From: Paraphysomonas bandaiensis
Taxonomy: Eukaryota; Protista; Chrysophyceae
Assembly (NCBI GenBank): GCA_965644295.1
Contig: CBFFRP010000424.1
Coordinates: 122,611 to 186,610 of the forward strand
Length of the DNA stretch: 64,000 bases
Reading direction: 5' to 3'
Positions 62,687 through 64,000 of the stretch are shown one piece after another (positions within the stretch are counted from its first letter, which is position 1; every line of letters starts with the position of its first letter). The notes under the pieces were generated by a model. That model saw only the letters and a list, made by a program, of their open reading frames with translations. It searched no databases and was not told the DNA's origin. Position numbers and translations under genes: made by a program.

Positions 62687-64000
62687 TCATCAGCACTATC
62701 TTCTATTTTATATGCTGGGCTGTGATATATAATTCTTTTGAAGAGTTATTATTATTACAGTTTGGATGTATACATATATATGCGTACATACTAACCTAGT
62801 TTCTCTCTTTCACCCACACATATATGTATAGGTTGTGACCCTTCTACAGAATATATATATATGTTGTATCCTTACCCTAATATATGGTATATATGTGTAC
62901 ATGGCTCTATATTCAACCAGTGGCCTGTAAATGCACATATGTAGCTTCTACAATCACCTATAGTACGTAAACAGTGTACACGTGCTTTTCCTGCAATCAG
63001 TGGATGTGTCTGCGGCTTCTTTACCGTTATTATATGCCTCTGTGTGGTTCATATATCCATTTCCAATTACTGGTGGCTAAGGGTTGCCATAGACCGCCTC
63101 TGTCTGGAAGAAGGACCTGTATATCACCTGTCATGACTGTACGTACTGATTACATGATTTTACGGTACCTTCCATTCGATCATCACACTGTGTGGACCCT
63201 CGTACTGATGCTGCACAGTCAATATACTATATCGCCTCGTACTCTATATCGGCAATTGAAGAAGCAGTGGTCGTTAGCGAGTACAATGGTAATGCATCTC
63301 TGGACATATTGTTCAATTTTCACGATAATCTGCTCGCTTACAAGTATGTTCGGTATGTGTGCTGCAATCACATTAAGATGGCAGTTAGGAGCGAGCTGCA
63401 TCTCCTCTCAGCAACCGCACTGTATACCGTATATACTGTATATGATGTATTTGCAGTATTCCTCTATTGTATGTATGCGTCTATATCACTCGTAGGTATA
63501 CAGTATCAGTATACTGTACCCTACACTGTATAAATACAGGAAGCGAATACTGAACCAATGCTTTCCCTATTCTCAATGCTGATTGGTCGAGTGCCCATTA
63601 TCGTTTAGATGAGCAGCAGTTGAGAGTGTATACGGCAGAGTTCATACATTAATGTGTAGAGTATGAAGAAGAAGAATTCTCCAAGAACATTCATAAATAT
63701 CGTCACTCCTTCGCAGAAAATTTGGATTTAGTCACTGTGTGGCTGTCAACGCCCAAGCGCATCGTCATTCTTTTTAGTTAAGCTTGTTCTCTCTTTGTTG
63801 GTTGTTGTAGCTCGTCACTTTTCTGTTTAGTACTGAACTGCATAGCTGGTGAGTTGTGCTTTAGTTTCTTGGGGTGCCGAGAAGCATTTAGTACTGCAGA
63901 AGTAGTATAGGTTAATAATAAGCAACATTCTCTCTCTTAAAGCGAGTTTTAGCTTATTTAGAGTTTGGCTCTCAGGTCCCAACCTGAGTTCCATTGCATC

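Noticed and set aside
62974-63533. Possible gene fragment in promoter-textured sequence
   Set aside because: No recognisable domain or consistent exon structure, so it cannot be supported.

Overview
Eukaryotic nuclear DNA from a compact protist genome. The gene set and 45-100 nt GT-AG introns suggest a stramenopile, but this is inference. About 17 protein genes are present: Nup133 (partial), an ABCG half-transporter, a CCDC82/DUF4211-like protein, a Myb/SANT protein, an I9-like secreted protein, a very divergent Hsp70-like protein, RPC3, two sulfotransferases, HADH, an RRP6-family exonuclease, an FAD-dependent oxidoreductase, an M43 metalloprotease and several orphans. Most are arranged as head-to-head pairs around short purine-pyrimidine-alternating, AA/TT-poor spacers, two of which are expanded into (ATAC)n arrays. 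AT-rich spacers between the pairs hold TE debris: hAT, pogo, Harbinger, Copia, solo LTRs and LINE fragments. The most striking unannotated system is a family of ~490-bp non-coding retroposons, with 8 full or partial copies in 64 kb. Two copies have 14-bp TSDs, and no poly(A) tail is visible. The 5' ~100 nt fold like an HDV-type (L1Tc/ingi Pr77-like) self-cleaving ribozyme. The 3' tail carries a covarying three-way-junction RNA motif shared with a LINE-like 3' end. This resembles trypanosomatid NARTc/SIDER or Drosophila R2-SIDE elements. All calls were made by eye, without database searches.
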